Positions 24,961 through 37,905 of a DNA stretch of 64,000 nucleotides are shown here, one piece after another. How positions within the stretch are numbered: position 1 is the stretch's first letter; each line of letters starts with the position of its first letter. The translations under genes and the position numbers were made by a program. Source of the stretch: Styela clava (taxonomy: Eukaryota); contig NC_135263.1 in assembly GCF_964204865.1 (NCBI RefSeq), positions 16,926,001 to 16,990,000 on the forward strand, given 5' to 3'. Below the pieces are notes generated by a model. That model was given only the letters and a program-made list of their open reading frames with translations, searched no databases and was not told the DNA's origin.

Positions 24961-27900
24961 GTGAAATTTTTGGAGGATGGTCGTGTGAGTAACCGTGCGC
25001 CTACACTTCCTTTTTTGATCCATAATGGTAAAGAGTGGCCGAAGGTTGTCAGAGGACAACTTAGTACTAGACCGAAAATGGTTTTAGTAGTTCCTCCAGT
25101 GTACGCTAGCAATGTCCTAAATGACACCGTTAGCCGTAGCGTTCTCAATAACACGGCTAATGCTACGATGGTGGCAAGAATTATCAAAAAGTCAATGTAT
25201 TTTGATGGATCAACTGTCATGACATGGCCCAGTTATTTATGCCATTTTGAATTGGTTGCCAGTTATAATCAGTGGGATGATGACACTGCGGCATTGGAAT
25301 TGGCTACTTGTAGGACAGGGCAGGCTCTTAGTGTATTGAAAGATTTACCTGATAGGAAACGTACTAGCTATCGGGATATTGTGGTTCATTTTAACCAGTT
25401 CTTTAAATCTGTTGGGAATGAGAGCTCATACCGTTCTACATTTCATTGTCGTAGGATTGAGCCAAATGAAGCGCCACGGGATTACAGTAACAAGTTGAAA
25501 GAGCTTGTTATTCTTGCCTACCCAAATCTTGAAATTACTGGTTAAGTAGATATTTTGAAATCGCAGTTTCTCGCCGGTTTAACCGATGAAAGCATGATCA
25601 AACATGTTACCATGCAACAGCCTGATACTTTTAAAAATGCTTTATCTCTTGCGACACTGCACTTAGTGCACTGCATTTTTAGTGCACTACTCTGTTGATA
25701 CGAACCACTATAAGAGGAAGGACATATCTAAACCGCGCATTGCAGCAGTAAAACAGAGTAATACTGGTAATGTAGTTAATCAGCAAAACGACTTTTCTCT
25801 CGAAGACAGTATCAAGTTACAGTATCAGAAACTGGATGAGATTATAGGATATGTTAATCCACGCGCTAACAATAATTGCAGTTTTGATGGTACACCACGC
25901 AACCCGTGCCCTCGTTGTGTTAAACAAGGTCATATGGGCAGGGATTGCAAGGCATGTTTCAATTGCAAACAGACTGGTCATCTTAAACGGGATTGTCTAC
26001 ATCTTCAAAATCTCGCCACAACTGCTTCTTCTACCGCAAATTTAAACGACACTCAGCGGACTTGAGGTCCACAGTGTTCACTGAATTATTTATTGATGAC
26101 GGACCAACGAACCAGAATATAGACCCTAATATTTGTTTCTTGCAATATGACAATAGTTGGCATGCAAAGGTGCTTGTAAACAATTAACCGTTCAATTTTA
26201 TTGTAGACAGCGGTGCTATGACTACTCGGCATTTCCATCTTTGAGGCTATAGGTGAGAAGGAAGCACAATTGGCACCACTCGAAGAATCTCTTGTTACAG
26301 TGGGAGGGCATGATTTATCACCACTGGGTACATTGGAGGTTGATTTATCTATTTATTCTTTTGTACGCAACGCACTGTCGTTGTTGCCAACCTAGTCATG
26401 TCTAATGGCATTTTAGGCATGGACTATCTCCAAGAACATGATTGCGTTCTTTACTTATCATCCGGACACATGATGATAGGAAGTCATGAAATTAAATTGT
26501 ACACTGAAAAGTCTGTACCGTGTTGTGGTGTAACCGTTCGCGAAGATGTTACGATACCGCCATATTCTAAGGTTGTTATCCTTGCACAGCTTAGTCGCCC
26601 ATGGCCGAAAAGCAATTTGTCTGATGTCGCTGCTCTAGTTGAACCGCTGAATTCTTGTTTCCTCGCAGATGATGGCGTTCAGCTGATCTCTTCTGTGGTG
26701 GACCCTGAAAATCCCACTATTCCAATTCTAGCGCTCAACCAGAAAGGCAGACAACTTAAGATCAGGGCTGGATCTTTGCTTGGTATTGCACACCTTCAAC
26801 TAGTAGCACAGATTCAAGTTGACGAATCTGAAAGGTTATAGCTTCTGAATTACCAGAGCATCTACATGACATGGTCAATTCCGTCGAGGATCTAACCCGA
26901 ATCAACGTGAACAATTGGTTAATTTGATTTATGGATTCCATGATGTATTTGTAGGGCCAGATGGTGAACTTGGCCGTACTTCAGCAGTAAAGCATAGAAT
27001 CATCACAACCACACCACCGCCTGTTCGGCAAGCTTCTCGCCGAATGGGGTGGGTGCGTAGGAAGATAGCCGAGGAATCTGTTGATAATATGCTGGCCCAG
27101 GGTGTCATTGAACCAAGCGATTCCCCATATTCTTCTCCCATTGTCCTAGTTCCTGAAAAGAATGGTTCTACCAGGTTTTGCGTGGATTTCAGATTGCCCA
27201 ATAATGTCACATACAAAGACGCATATCCCTTGTCGCGTATTGAGGATATCATTGAGTCCTTAAACGGTGCACAATGGTTCTCAACTCTTGACCTCGCAAG
27301 CAGGTGGAGGCTGACCCTGCAGACCGCGAAAAGACAGCATTCAGCATCCCAGGTCATGGTCATTTTCACTCTGGAGTGATGCTTTTTGGATTAGCGAATG
27401 CTCCCGCGACATTTGCACGGATGATGGACAATATCCTTCTGTCTGACATCAACCCCAATTCTTAGTTTTCCTAGAACAATCGGCGAGTTTACTGTGGTGA
27501 TACTGTGGTGTGGGCTGTTCATCATTTTCTTCTCGAAAGACTTTTTAGAATTCGCACAGACCATGCTGCTCTCAAATGGTTGATCAATTTTCGTGAACCA
27601 CAAGGGATGTTAGCAAGATGGATATTAACACTTGGAGCTTATGATTGAACACAACCCTGGCGTGAAACATGACAATGCTGATGTATTGTCACTTCAAGTT
27701 CGCAAATGAAAACGATAGGTTTGTTCTGATTGTGGTACCAATGGAGATGTAGCTGTGAATAATCTTATTGTGGGTGCAATTTCAAAACAGCCCATTCATT
27801 TGTCACTCGACAGTTCCGATTGTAATTGGCTAGATACATTAACAAATGAGCAAATTAAATCTTGGCAGAATAAACATCCCGATATTTTTGCTGTTTTGAA

Positions 27901-29108
27901 ATGGAAACAAATTTCAGCTCACAAATCTGACATTCAAGAATACATGCCTGAATCAACAGTGACCAAACGCATAATTTCGTAATGGGATTTGATTTTATAG
28001 ACAATGGACTTCTTTATCGCCGTTGGATTCCGGATTGTAAATCGGAAGAATAGCATATCTAATTGAATGTCCCATCAAATTTGAGGCAGGATTTGTTCCA
28101 TAAGCTACATTCTTTGCGCACTGCTGGCCATTTGGGTGCTAATCGAACTTTCAAGAGTATAAGGCGCAAATTTTATTGGTCAGGTTTCAAAAAGGACATT
28201 CTAAGATGGTGCAAATTTTGCAAGTCTTGTTCTTAACAAATATGCTCTACGGAAGAAGGCAAGGACATCTCAAACAACTTATATCTGGAGCTCCCATGGA
28301 GAGAATTTCCATTGATTTTCCTGGACAATTGCCAGTAACTGATAATGGAAACGAACACATTTTGGTTTTGTCGGACTATTTCTCTAAATGGGTAGAATGT
28401 TTTGCTTTGCCAAATCAGCGAGCGGACACTACTGCTTATGCAGGGATTACCCAATTCTTTTTAAGATTTGGGGTACCAAGAATTCTTCATTCAGATCAAG
28501 GAAGAATTTGAATTCAAATTATTTTCTGAGATATGCGACTTGTACGGGAACAAGTTGAACGTTTCAACAGGACCATACAGCAAATGTTGAAAGCTTTTGT
28601 AAATGGAAATCTCTTATATCTTTGCATGGCATATTGCTCCACTGCGCATGATAGTACAGGATATTCACCAAACAAGTTAATGCTTGGACGAGAAATCAAG
28701 ATTCCTGTTGATGTGATGTTTGGCAAACCAGAGTCATCTACTCATCCTTGTTACACTAATTTTGTCGAATGGTTTTCTTGTGCAACTGAAAAAGCTTTTC
28801 TTCATGCTAGGCAACATCTAAATGCTGCTGCAACCAGACAAAAGCGAAATTTTGATCTTGGTGTTAAACCCCTTACTTTCCAGAGAGATGAATTGGTGTG
28901 TTACTATTACCCACCAAAGCATCTCAAGCCGAGTATTCCTTGGATTGGACCTCATCGAATCGTGGACTGTTTACCTAATCCCTTGTACAGGATTCGGAAG
29001 AATCCAGGAACACGTTCTCGAATTATACATGTTGACAAATTGAGGCCTTACCTTTGTGAAGATGAAGAAGACAATGACATTGAGGATTTGACATTTTACC
29101 TGGTGTGA
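24961..29108 (+). mobile_element. Decayed Ty3/Gypsy gag-pol
   Basis: Gag (FDG..WPSYLCHFE), two CCHC knuckles (CPRCVKQGHMGRDC, CFNCKQTGHLKRDC), protease FIVDSGA...ILGMD, RT (SPYSSPIVLV..RFCVDFR..FSTLDL; YxDD region deleted), RNase H (RTDHAALKW), and integrase (GHLG, DYFSKW, HSDQG, ERFNRT, WIGPHRI). Many stops and frameshifts. Confidence 0.95.
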
Positions 29109-29582
29109 AACCTAATATGGAAAACAATGAGCAGGTTGCTCATGATATTTTTGAAGAATTACCTTTCTCTTCGAGGACAGACACTGTAACAGAAGAGGTT
29201 ACATGGAGATGCGATCTCTGAAAATGGACAACGTACTAGGCGAAGCTTTCCCTTTTAGCTGGTTTGTCAGAGTGCCGGCAGTGTGGAGTTTCCTCTGTGT
29301 ATTAGTTAGGTTATTATTATAGTGTTTTAATGGCATAAATCTATGTAATTCTTGTTGTAGACTATTTGTAGTACTACAGGTTAACTGTTACCCAGTTTGG
29401 CATAGCTCTGTTCACTAGTTATCTTGTATTTAGCGTTTCCGTAACTAGTCTACTTTCGTAGTTAATTTCCTGTGTGATATCCGTACTTCTATGTGTATTG
29501 CCATGTGTTTGTCTATAAGATAGAATTGTGGGGTCTAGTATAGTTTAGTACCACAAGTACTTCCAGTTGGCGTATCATAACG

Positions 29583-29930
29583 AATTTTGCATATGTTATT
29601 CCTAACCCTCACCTGACTATGCCATCCAAAAATTACGTCAATACGACGTCACAAACACGTCATAGGGCTTGCCAAAGTATAATTACAATCGCCCGAAATG
29701 GCATCTGCGCCGCCGATAACGAACGCTAACGCCGGCGATCTCTCTGCTATCGTGATCGTTATGACGGGAAAATGAGAGAAATAACTTGCTCGATTTCGGG
29801 TGATCATCTGCGCGTTTTGGACGACCATCCGTATACTTCGGTGGGCCTTATTACGCCAATGTGACGTCGAAATGACGTAATTTTTAGGGACGTAGTCAGG
29901 TGGGGGTTAGGATTGGCATATGCAAAAATT
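29583..29930. mobile_element. Foldback MITE
   Basis: AATTTTGCATATG..CCTAACCCTCACCTGACTA..AAAAATTACGTCA..CGACGTCACA is mirrored by TGTGACGTCG..TGACGTAATTTTT..TAGTCAGGTGGGGGTTAGG..CATATGCAAAAATT. Confidence 0.8.
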
Positions 29931-30327
29931 GTTGAGCCAGGTCTACTAGAAGTGCATGTGATAGTGTTGTATCTCATACTAGGTATGTTTTACCCGGTTT
30001 TTATATACCATTACAGGTCAATAGTTCACGACTGTGACGTCGTAGACCAATTCTGTATCTTATGTTCCGTATGTATCTGTACTGTATTTTTATTTGTTTA
30101 TTGTATTTCGTACTGAAGTATTTGGTTGTATTAAGTTCTAACAGGTGTATAAATAAGTTAGTTACCGTACTCTGCTGCAGTTGGAACCGCAAGAAGATCA
30201 TTTGCGATCAACATCGATCACAACTTCAGTGTCTGAGGAGCTGGCAGAATGAACCAAAGTGGTGATACTAATACTGTTACGCCACAGCAGTACTTTTAAT
30301 AGATATCCTGCGAATTATACTTTAAGG

Positions 30328-30748
30328 CAGGGGTCGGCAACCTTTTGTCGCTCGCGGGCCAAATTAAGGTTGCAAGTCATTGGTGAGCCACACATATTTT
30401 TAGAAAGTTAAAAAACCGAACGGATGGTTCTTTTTATAATAAAAATCAAGCAGTGATACATCTCTCGAATAGAGTATAGATTTATTTCCTCTTTGCATCT
30501 CATAAAATCCCATTTGAATATTTTCAGCGCCATTGAACCCTTTGCACTTAGCATCAATTTTTCTGCGTTTTGTTGCCTTGAATTATATGCTCATTAAACG
30601 AGTAATTGTGAATTATATAATTGTTAGGTTATAATATAATTTAGTCTAAAGAATATATTCGTCAAAACGGATGTTTTGTTACTATAATTCAGTGAAGCGT
30701 CGCGGGTCGGATTATAGTGCTCCGCGAGCCGGCGTACAAATGCCCACA
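30328..30748. mobile_element. Partial hAT MITE
   Basis: Left end CAGGGGTCGGCAACCT..CGCGGGCCA and degenerate CGCGGGTCGG/CCGCGAGCCGG right subterminal motifs. No clear TSD. Confidence 0.5.
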
Positions 30749-30851
30749 TTAAAACATCGAGATCAACATTGATGAAATAAGAGTTCCAAACTTTGGAATG
30801 TTATAATATATATCAAATTGGCACTGTATTTGAGATGTATCTTGTTGTTGG

Positions 30852-31135
30852 TGTCACGGATTTTTGTGTTGTGTTATAGACTTTTTTAATTTTTCTGTAT
30901 GCTACCAGACCCTTGATTTAGGCAGTTTTGAACGGGTGTGGACTCCGACCACACACGAAGTGCGAGATGAAATAGTTTTCGCCGGGAAAGGCTGGACGTC
31001 AATGGCTTTTTCATTGTGTTTGCTGTTAAAAGTGTAGAGTTGTGCAATAAACAACTAATCCGAAATCATTAGCCTTCCTACTTATTTTACACACAGAATC
31101 AAATCCTGAACTTTGACATTGGGTTCCTACTGAAC
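30852..31135 (+). mobile_element. Short LTR with PBS-like sequence
   Basis: TGTCA...TGACA termini (30852-31118), internal AATAAA, followed by TTGGGTTCCTACTGAAC. Confidence 0.5.
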
Positions 31136-31340
31136 GGAACAGTGAGAGAAGTCGCGCACAGCCCAGATATAAAAAAAAACAAAAAAAAACGGACTACTTA
31201 TTGATCATTATGTATTATGGAAATGAAAAAGAAAATGACGAAAATATTTGACAAAATTCTTCTACGATAGTAAAACAAAGGTCACCGTGTGTATTGTAGT
31301 AAGTGTTGTATACGATTTAGCCAATTGTTCAAACAAAAAA

Positions 31341-31625
31341 ACGAGAATATCGGTCAGAGACCGAAGACTTATCGATCGAAAGTTAGGGGATCCCAAACAG
31401 CGCTCTTACTCCATATTGACACCTTGTGTCCCATTACTAATTAATTAATAACTCGCTAATTATACGACATAATTCATCCAAAATCAATAGGCTTCTGGTC
31501 CGACATACGATGAATGCACATGCAAAATCTGGAGCAGATTCAATCTCGCTTTCGTGAGATATCGCGTGCATCTAACAGACAAATACCTATCAACATACTT
31601 ACCGATGAAAATCGATAAGTAATAA
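31341..31625 (-). mobile_element. Non-autonomous Helentron-type element (HINE), family B
   Basis: On the minus strand: 5' TTATTACTTATCGAT, asymmetric TIR ATCGATAAGT, 3' hairpin TCGGTC-TCT-GACCGA, then a T-run. Confidence 0.65.
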
Positions 31626-32007
31626 CTCATTTAATTGGAACAATAATTCAAAACAGGAAAGGTATTCCTAACGCAATCCGAATCAAATTAAAATTTGGAA
31701 AGCTTTTGCTTTAAAGTTAGGACTGATGAGAGACTTGAGTATCAAAAAACATAGGAGGACGTGACAAAACGGTTGATAAACCAGTATTGATTTAACATTA
31801 TAATCAGTTTATGGCAGAGTAGGCTTATTATAGGTTCAACCTGAGCAAAGGCATAAAGAGCTTAATTGGCTAAATCTAAAATAGTCAGTTTTTTCGCATT
31901 AAATAATATACCAAAAACCCTCAAGAGCTTTGTCGGAAAAAGCAATTGTCAACATTCTAATTGCTCATTTATAAAACACCGAAAGTGAACTGCAACTCGA
32001 AGTATTT

Positions 32008-32394
32008 CAGCTGGATCAGATTATTTTAAGTCAATGCTGTCTCATGAAATGTCAGTTCACAAAAATGCACTTTCAGTTGAATCAGATTTGAAGCAATGCC
32101 ATCTAATGAAATGTAAGTTCACAGAAATGCCCTTCAGTCAGATCAGATTATTTCAAAGCAATGCCGTTTCATAATATGTTGGTTCGTAGAAATGAACTCT
32201 TGGTTGGATCATGTTATTTTAAAGCAAAGTCGTCTCACAAAATGTCAGTTCATAGAATTGCACTTCTGTTGAATCAGATTATTTCGAAGCAATACTGTCT
32301 CATGAAAAGTCAGTTCATAGAAATGCACTTTCCGTTGGATTGAATTATTTCAAAGCAATGCCATCACATGAAATGCCAGTTCGTTGAAATGACT
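32008..32394. repeat. Diverged minisatellite, ~62-bp unit, ~6 copies
   Basis: Unit is approximately GTTGGATCAGATTATTTCAAAGCAATGCCGTCTCATGAAATGTCAGTTCATAGAAATGCACTT. Confidence 0.85.
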
Positions 32395-32781
32395 CCACGC
32401 ATATGTTTTCAGTTGCCACCAAAGAGTATGGCAACAAGACTTGAGTATATTTTGAAGTTCTATAATGATGTGGAATATAGTCTATATTTGAAAAAAGAGG
32501 AGTTGGACAAGTGGGCAAAGAAAATACACAGCTTACAAGTGTCGGAACAAAAATATATACCTGTGACGACCCGGGGAGATATTTTACTGGAAGCGAAAAA
32601 TCTCTGGACAAATTTAAAGAAAAGCAACGCGCATATCTGCAAGATACGTAAATTGACAATCTGCAGATGTTGGTTAGTATGGTCTTTGATTAGATCTAAA
32701 GTACTATTACCTACTACCTTCCGCACTATTAACGAACGGGTCATTTTAGTTTTTTTGGTATTGAATTGTATTTTCTGGGGT

Positions 32782-33140
32782 TATGGCATAAACCCCCTAG
32801 ATTTACCCCTATTTGAGTTGAAAAAACATAAAAACAACGTTTAATTTTTCCAACATTCTAACAGAGACTTTTCGTAGGGATCAAATTGTAGCACTTTAGG
32901 TTTTAGGAACATATTGTTATCAAATCAAAATTCATTCCTTCAGGATATTTAAACACAAATTTGAATAATAAGTGTTAAGTTCTCAACCGTACGAAGTACA
33001 TAATTGCTCGTATTGAGTTAGGAGTTTCTGCTTACGTGAATCACGAGATCACGTTTCCAATATTAACTGGATGTTTGATGAACGTGTATATTTATATATA
33101 AATATATATACAACTCGATATCTTTTCAATGTTAGATTAT
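32782..33140 (+). mobile_element. Diverged LTR related to the 41130/43028 LTRs
   Basis: Colinear blocks (AGACTTTTCGTAGGGATCAAATT, CCGTACGAAGTACATAATT, ACGTGAATCACGAGATCACGTTT, ACTCGATATCTTT). Begins TATGGCA. Right end unclear. Confidence 0.7.
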
Positions 33141-34219
33141 TCGCTCTGTGACAAAGCCTACCTTGAGCTAGTTTTAAAAGCAATAGAGATTTTTAATCAA
33201 GTGATTTAATTAGGTTGAGTGACGTTGTGGCCCATTACCCACCATTCTTCCCAGGGTAACGCAGTTTCAAATTAACGTAAGAGAAAAATTTATTTATAAT
33301 ATTTTGGAGTCGTGAAGCTAGAGCACATGAAAAATAATGTAGTTTGTTTATGCCCTCATCTTTGGAGCCGTGAAATAAGAGCTTTGCAATTGTTTAATAA
33401 GGGTTAGTGAGAGGAAACTCTGGAAGAAATTTGGCGTCGGCTATCGTGCTGACGGAATTGTCCGCTTTGAGAACTAGAGCTATCATTTTAATTTAAAATT
33501 AACCTACAGAGAATGCTTTAGAATCAGTCGCATAAAAAATAACAGTCAATATTTTTATACGTATTATCACATCATAAAAAAAACACAAAAGTAAATGTAA
33601 AAACGAGTAAAGAGAGAGTTAATAATAGCCGTCTCTAAGCTTGATATACTGCTCAAATCAGAACACCTGAGAAACAGCAGCTTCCAGAAAGTCATATTTT
33701 GTTGTGAGTGAGTGAAGGCTTATTGTTCACTATGAAACAGTGTGCGGTAAATATAATCGATGCGCTCATAAACTCCTGTAAAACTGCATATTCATCGTTA
33801 AGCTAATTTCCACTAAATGAAAAAAATGAAATTTTTTCATTTAGTAATCGATTAATATTTATATTAGTTCACTGATTTGTCGTTTTCTGATGATGAGGAA
33901 TTCGATAATATCATACGTGCAACAATACGTCAGGAGTGAGTAGGCTTCATCGGTTCAGTGTGACCATGACTGTTTATTATATTTTAATATACTCTCAATT
34001 CCGAGCTGAACGCGTTGCAACAGTGACACGGGATTTTATCGAGAAAATGAAGAGACGGAATCTCCATGTTGCAGTAAATCCTTGACTCCGCGCAAAAAAG
34101 TTGAACCCATTGGAAAAATGGCACGAGCTTTTATTACAGAGAGAAAAAAGTCAGAAACACCATCTCGCAGTGAAACCTTATCGTCAACACAAAAAGGTAA
34201 TGTGATTTTAAATTCCTGG

Positions 34220-34715
34220 AACATGACTACATTTCTTTTCTTATGGAGTCAAAGAAGACTAGGGTACCGTAACTACATTTAAGACTATTGGAGCCGAAAA
34301 TGGCCGAGAAGTACCACGTCATTTGCACAGATAATGTCTCGAAATCGGTTTCAAACTATCCGCTCGGTGCTTCATTTTAACGATAAGAAGAAAAAAATAA
34401 CGAGGATTTCCTGGTCATTTTTTTCATTGAGGCCAATACTGAATATTTTGATACCTTTGTTTGGGAAGCACCTCCAACCCAAACGTGGATTATCCGTTGA
34501 CGAAATGACTATCGCATTTAATGAACACGTCGGCAAACTGCCTAAGAGCGAAAGGGTCTAATAAAAGAATAAAAAACTCCATCCAATACATTAAACGACG
34601 AAGCTCAACTGAAGCAATATAATGCCAAGAAACCAAGTATATGAGTTGGGTTTCAAAGCTTCAGTCTTTTGCGAAGCTGTTAGTGGCCACGTGCTGAATT
34701 GGAATGTATATGCAG
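34220..34715 (+). pseudogene. piggyBac-type transposase remnant
   Basis: DYWS, MSRNRFQTIRSVLHFND, LRPIL, LSVDEMTIAF and QYxxKKP...GFK..LCEAVSG fragments, typical of PGBD DDE_Tnp_1_7. Frameshifted. Confidence 0.85.
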
Positions 34716-35139
34716 CTTTTTAAACATCCTCTTTTTTATTTAATTGTGCGAGCGTGTACGTGCGATTTAATATTCCCTACTTTTTTGTTTAGTTTAAAAA
34801 TATTAGACCATACTAGTTATTAAATATGTGTTGCGATATCATATTCGTCAAAACCTATGTCTGATTCACAATCCACTTGCTCTCAAACTAAACTTTTCCT
34901 CCACCTAATGAAAGTTTAGTTAGACTGTTAGAGAATCAAGAATTATTGCGGTATAAGAAAATTCTATTAGCATAATGTGTGTATAATACGATGCATGTTT
35001 TATCTCGGCATGAATTTGATCTTGTGGCGTACATGGGAGCGAGCGGCCTTTGCTACGCGGAATGTTTAGCTGTTAAACACGCGTTGAGAGGCTTTGCCTA
35101 CTCGCAATCACCCGGATTGAATTTGAAAGAATTACGTGA

Positions 35140-37230
35140 TACTATGGGATATTGGGTCATTTAGCTGTTTTTGATTAATAGTTGTACGTGTTTGAACCCA
35201 AAGTCATCTAAGCTTAAAACAAACTCTTAGTCATAAAAACACGTAACAATTAGACGTCCAGTAGGCTACAATGACGATACCGTGTCATGCCTTGAGGATA
35301 CAAAACCAGCTTATAGATCATTAGTAAGAGAAAGAGAGGGGGGGGGGGGGCGATAACAAAGGGTAGTCAGAATTATCAGCTCGTGCGTGCATTAAAACTT
35401 GGATTTTGTATGGCTGTTAGCCTGCTTTGAACTGTTTATCTTTAGGCCTAAATATAGTCAATCTCAATATATGTCTTCAAAACCATAAGTATGTCTTCAT
35501 CAAATAAGATCAGAACAACAGAATTCGCCAGCGAACAATAGCAAATACCATTTTGTTTGCTACATTTTGGCATCCCCGACAAACAAACAGCGCCTTTTTG
35601 AGATGGGAGTCTGAAACTCACCGTAGGAAAGGTGACCCCAAAGACATCAACTGCACAAGCCGAGGGTAAAAAAATCAAGGAGAATCAAAAACAACAACCA
35701 AACAAAAAATCAGACCGTGTGAATAATATAGGAATAAAGCGAAAAACCAGACTATGACACAAAGAAAAAGACTATTATATTCAAAAATGTGTGTATAACA
35801 TTCACACTATACGGACTGTTATATTGAAAAAAATGTGTGTATAATATTTGCTCTATACGAACTGTTTTTTGAACAGAAAAAAAAAACTGTAAATAGAAAA
35901 ACTAGTCGGATGTCTTAACTACAAAAACAAATGAGACAGCAGAAACGAAAAAACTCCAGAAAGAAACGCCCGCGAATACACTTCAAGAAACCGCGCGATT
36001 ATAGCATTTTATATTGTATTAACATTATTTCAATTTCGTTTGAAAAATGAACAGGCATTCTTCTTCTTTACGGGTATTTCAAATTTCCTTCTTTCTTTAA
36101 GGTGTTCTATATTTGGTTCTAAACCCAACAAGGTTTGCTTAATTTTGGCAGATATTAGCATTCGTTTCCTTTTTAAATATACTTTACGTTTTACATTTTT
36201 TTCAAAATATAATTTCAAAACCGATTGAATTTCGAATTAGCTTATTAGGATGTATTGTATTTGCATAATCGCAAGTAAAATTATCATTTTTTTAAACGCC
36301 CAAAGAGACCGGATTTTTCTCACAATTATATCCATCGAGGCTCTTCAACGCAACAAGCGTAATTTTTATTATTTTTTTCAGCGCTTCAAAATTTACTAAC
36401 GTGAAACGAAGTGTATTAGAGCAAAGCATTTGTAGTATATAATCAGTCAGCTAAATTTAAAATAAACTGACGCCGTTTTTTTCAAACACTCTTCAACACA
36501 CACACACACAACAAATTCTGTCTCATAATCATACCTTCAACTTTCTTATGTTTTAAAGAATTTTGTTATAATTTGTGTGTTTTTTTCTCACTGCACGCCT
36601 AAGCTAGGCCACTTCCCCGCAGTTAAAGTAGGTGCATTGTACGGGATATTGGGTCATTTAGCTGCTTTTGGTTAATAGTACGTGTTTCAACTTAAAATTA
36701 TGCTAATCTTAAAATTAGAAACAAGTCCTTAGTCATAAAAACACGTAACCATTAGACCTCATGTAGGCTACAATGACGATGGCCACTGCTCCGCAGTGAA
36801 AGTAGGTGCATTGTATGGTATATTGGGTTGTTTAGCTGCTGTTGGTTCATAGTTGTACGTGTTTCAACTTAAAATCATTCTAATCTTAAATTTGAAACAA
36901 GCCCTTAGTCAAAAAATACGTAACAATTATACGTCCTGTAAGCTACAATGACCATACCGCGTCATGCCCCGGAGGATATCGAAACCAGCTTATAAACGAC
37001 CATTTGTTAGGAGAGAAGGGGGGAACGATAACAATGGTCAGTCAGAGTTATCAATTCGTACGTACATTGAAACTTGGATTTTGTCTGCTTGTTAGGCTGT
37101 TATGAACTGTTCATCTGTATGCGTAAATATTTTCAATCTCAATATATGAATTCGGAAACCGAGTATGTCTTCATAAGATAAGATCAGAACAACAGGATTT
37201 GCTAGCAAACAATAGAAAATACAATGCTGG
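35140..37230 (+). mobile_element. Non-coding LTR element (TRIM/LARD-like) in tandem arrangement
   Basis: Polypurine run, ~210-bp repeat ending TGCTACA (35564), PBS-like TGGCATCCCCGAC, ~1.45 kb without ORF, then polypurine GAGAGAAGGGGGG and a second repeat copy (~37025-37230). Internal ~175-bp duplication at 36610-36950. Confidence 0.6.
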
Positions 37231-37905
37231 TATTTTAGTGAGATTTTACTGTGGTTTTTTAAATTAATAATATTAAAGTAAGGAAAACCAGTTTGTTTGT
37301 TAAGACTTCAGAATTATAAACCTCCTCAACTTGTTTAGCTACTGGATATAATTGATTCAAACAGCCCCAAGTCATATCACAATGACGCATCAGTTTTAAT
37401 ATAATTTTGTCTGTTTCATACTTAATTAGTACATTTTCACTTATTGGTAATTAGTATATAAGCTACTAAATATTACTGATTGTTTCACCCTTTCGGATCG
37501 AAGCTTGATAATAAAGACATTGCCTCATTGAAGTGTGTCCGACAGACTGGGGAATCGGTGCAGCGCTATAAGTAGTGGATCAGGGTTCGCAGAGGTGGTG
37601 GGTCCTGTGGGTCCAGTCCGGTGAGCACGCTCGGCTTAAGCTTCAGCTAATTCATATTTAGTTAGCATAAGTGCAACAGGAAGTCCTTGATATAAAGAAT
37701 CATTGTCTGTATTTTACACGGGTCCTCTATTCGCTTGAGCTCATGTAAATTGACTGATGTGTATTCATCCCTTATAAAATATTTCTTGAATTGCGGAATT
37801 GTGTAGTTGAAGCACTCAACCCACTCGTACATTTCCAAGGCCTGTGAAACATAAAAGCATTTTTTAGCATATATTTAATCGGTCATTGAGGTTTATTGTT
37901 TATTG

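Noticed and set aside
26929-27369. Antisense ORFs over RT regions (also 53009-53227, 61516-62871)
   Set aside because: They are shadows of the sense-strand coding sequence.
29109-30300. Env gene or 3' LTR for the first Gypsy element
   Set aside because: No glycoprotein-like frame and no match to the candidate 5' LTR. The short hydrophobic ORFs reflect T-rich sequence.
31715-31775. Possible hammerhead ribozyme (CTGATGAGAGACTTGAGTATC...)
   Set aside because: The GAAA core is absent and stems I and III cannot be formed. No hammerhead core was seen in the non-coding LTRs either, so a retrozyme call is unsupported.
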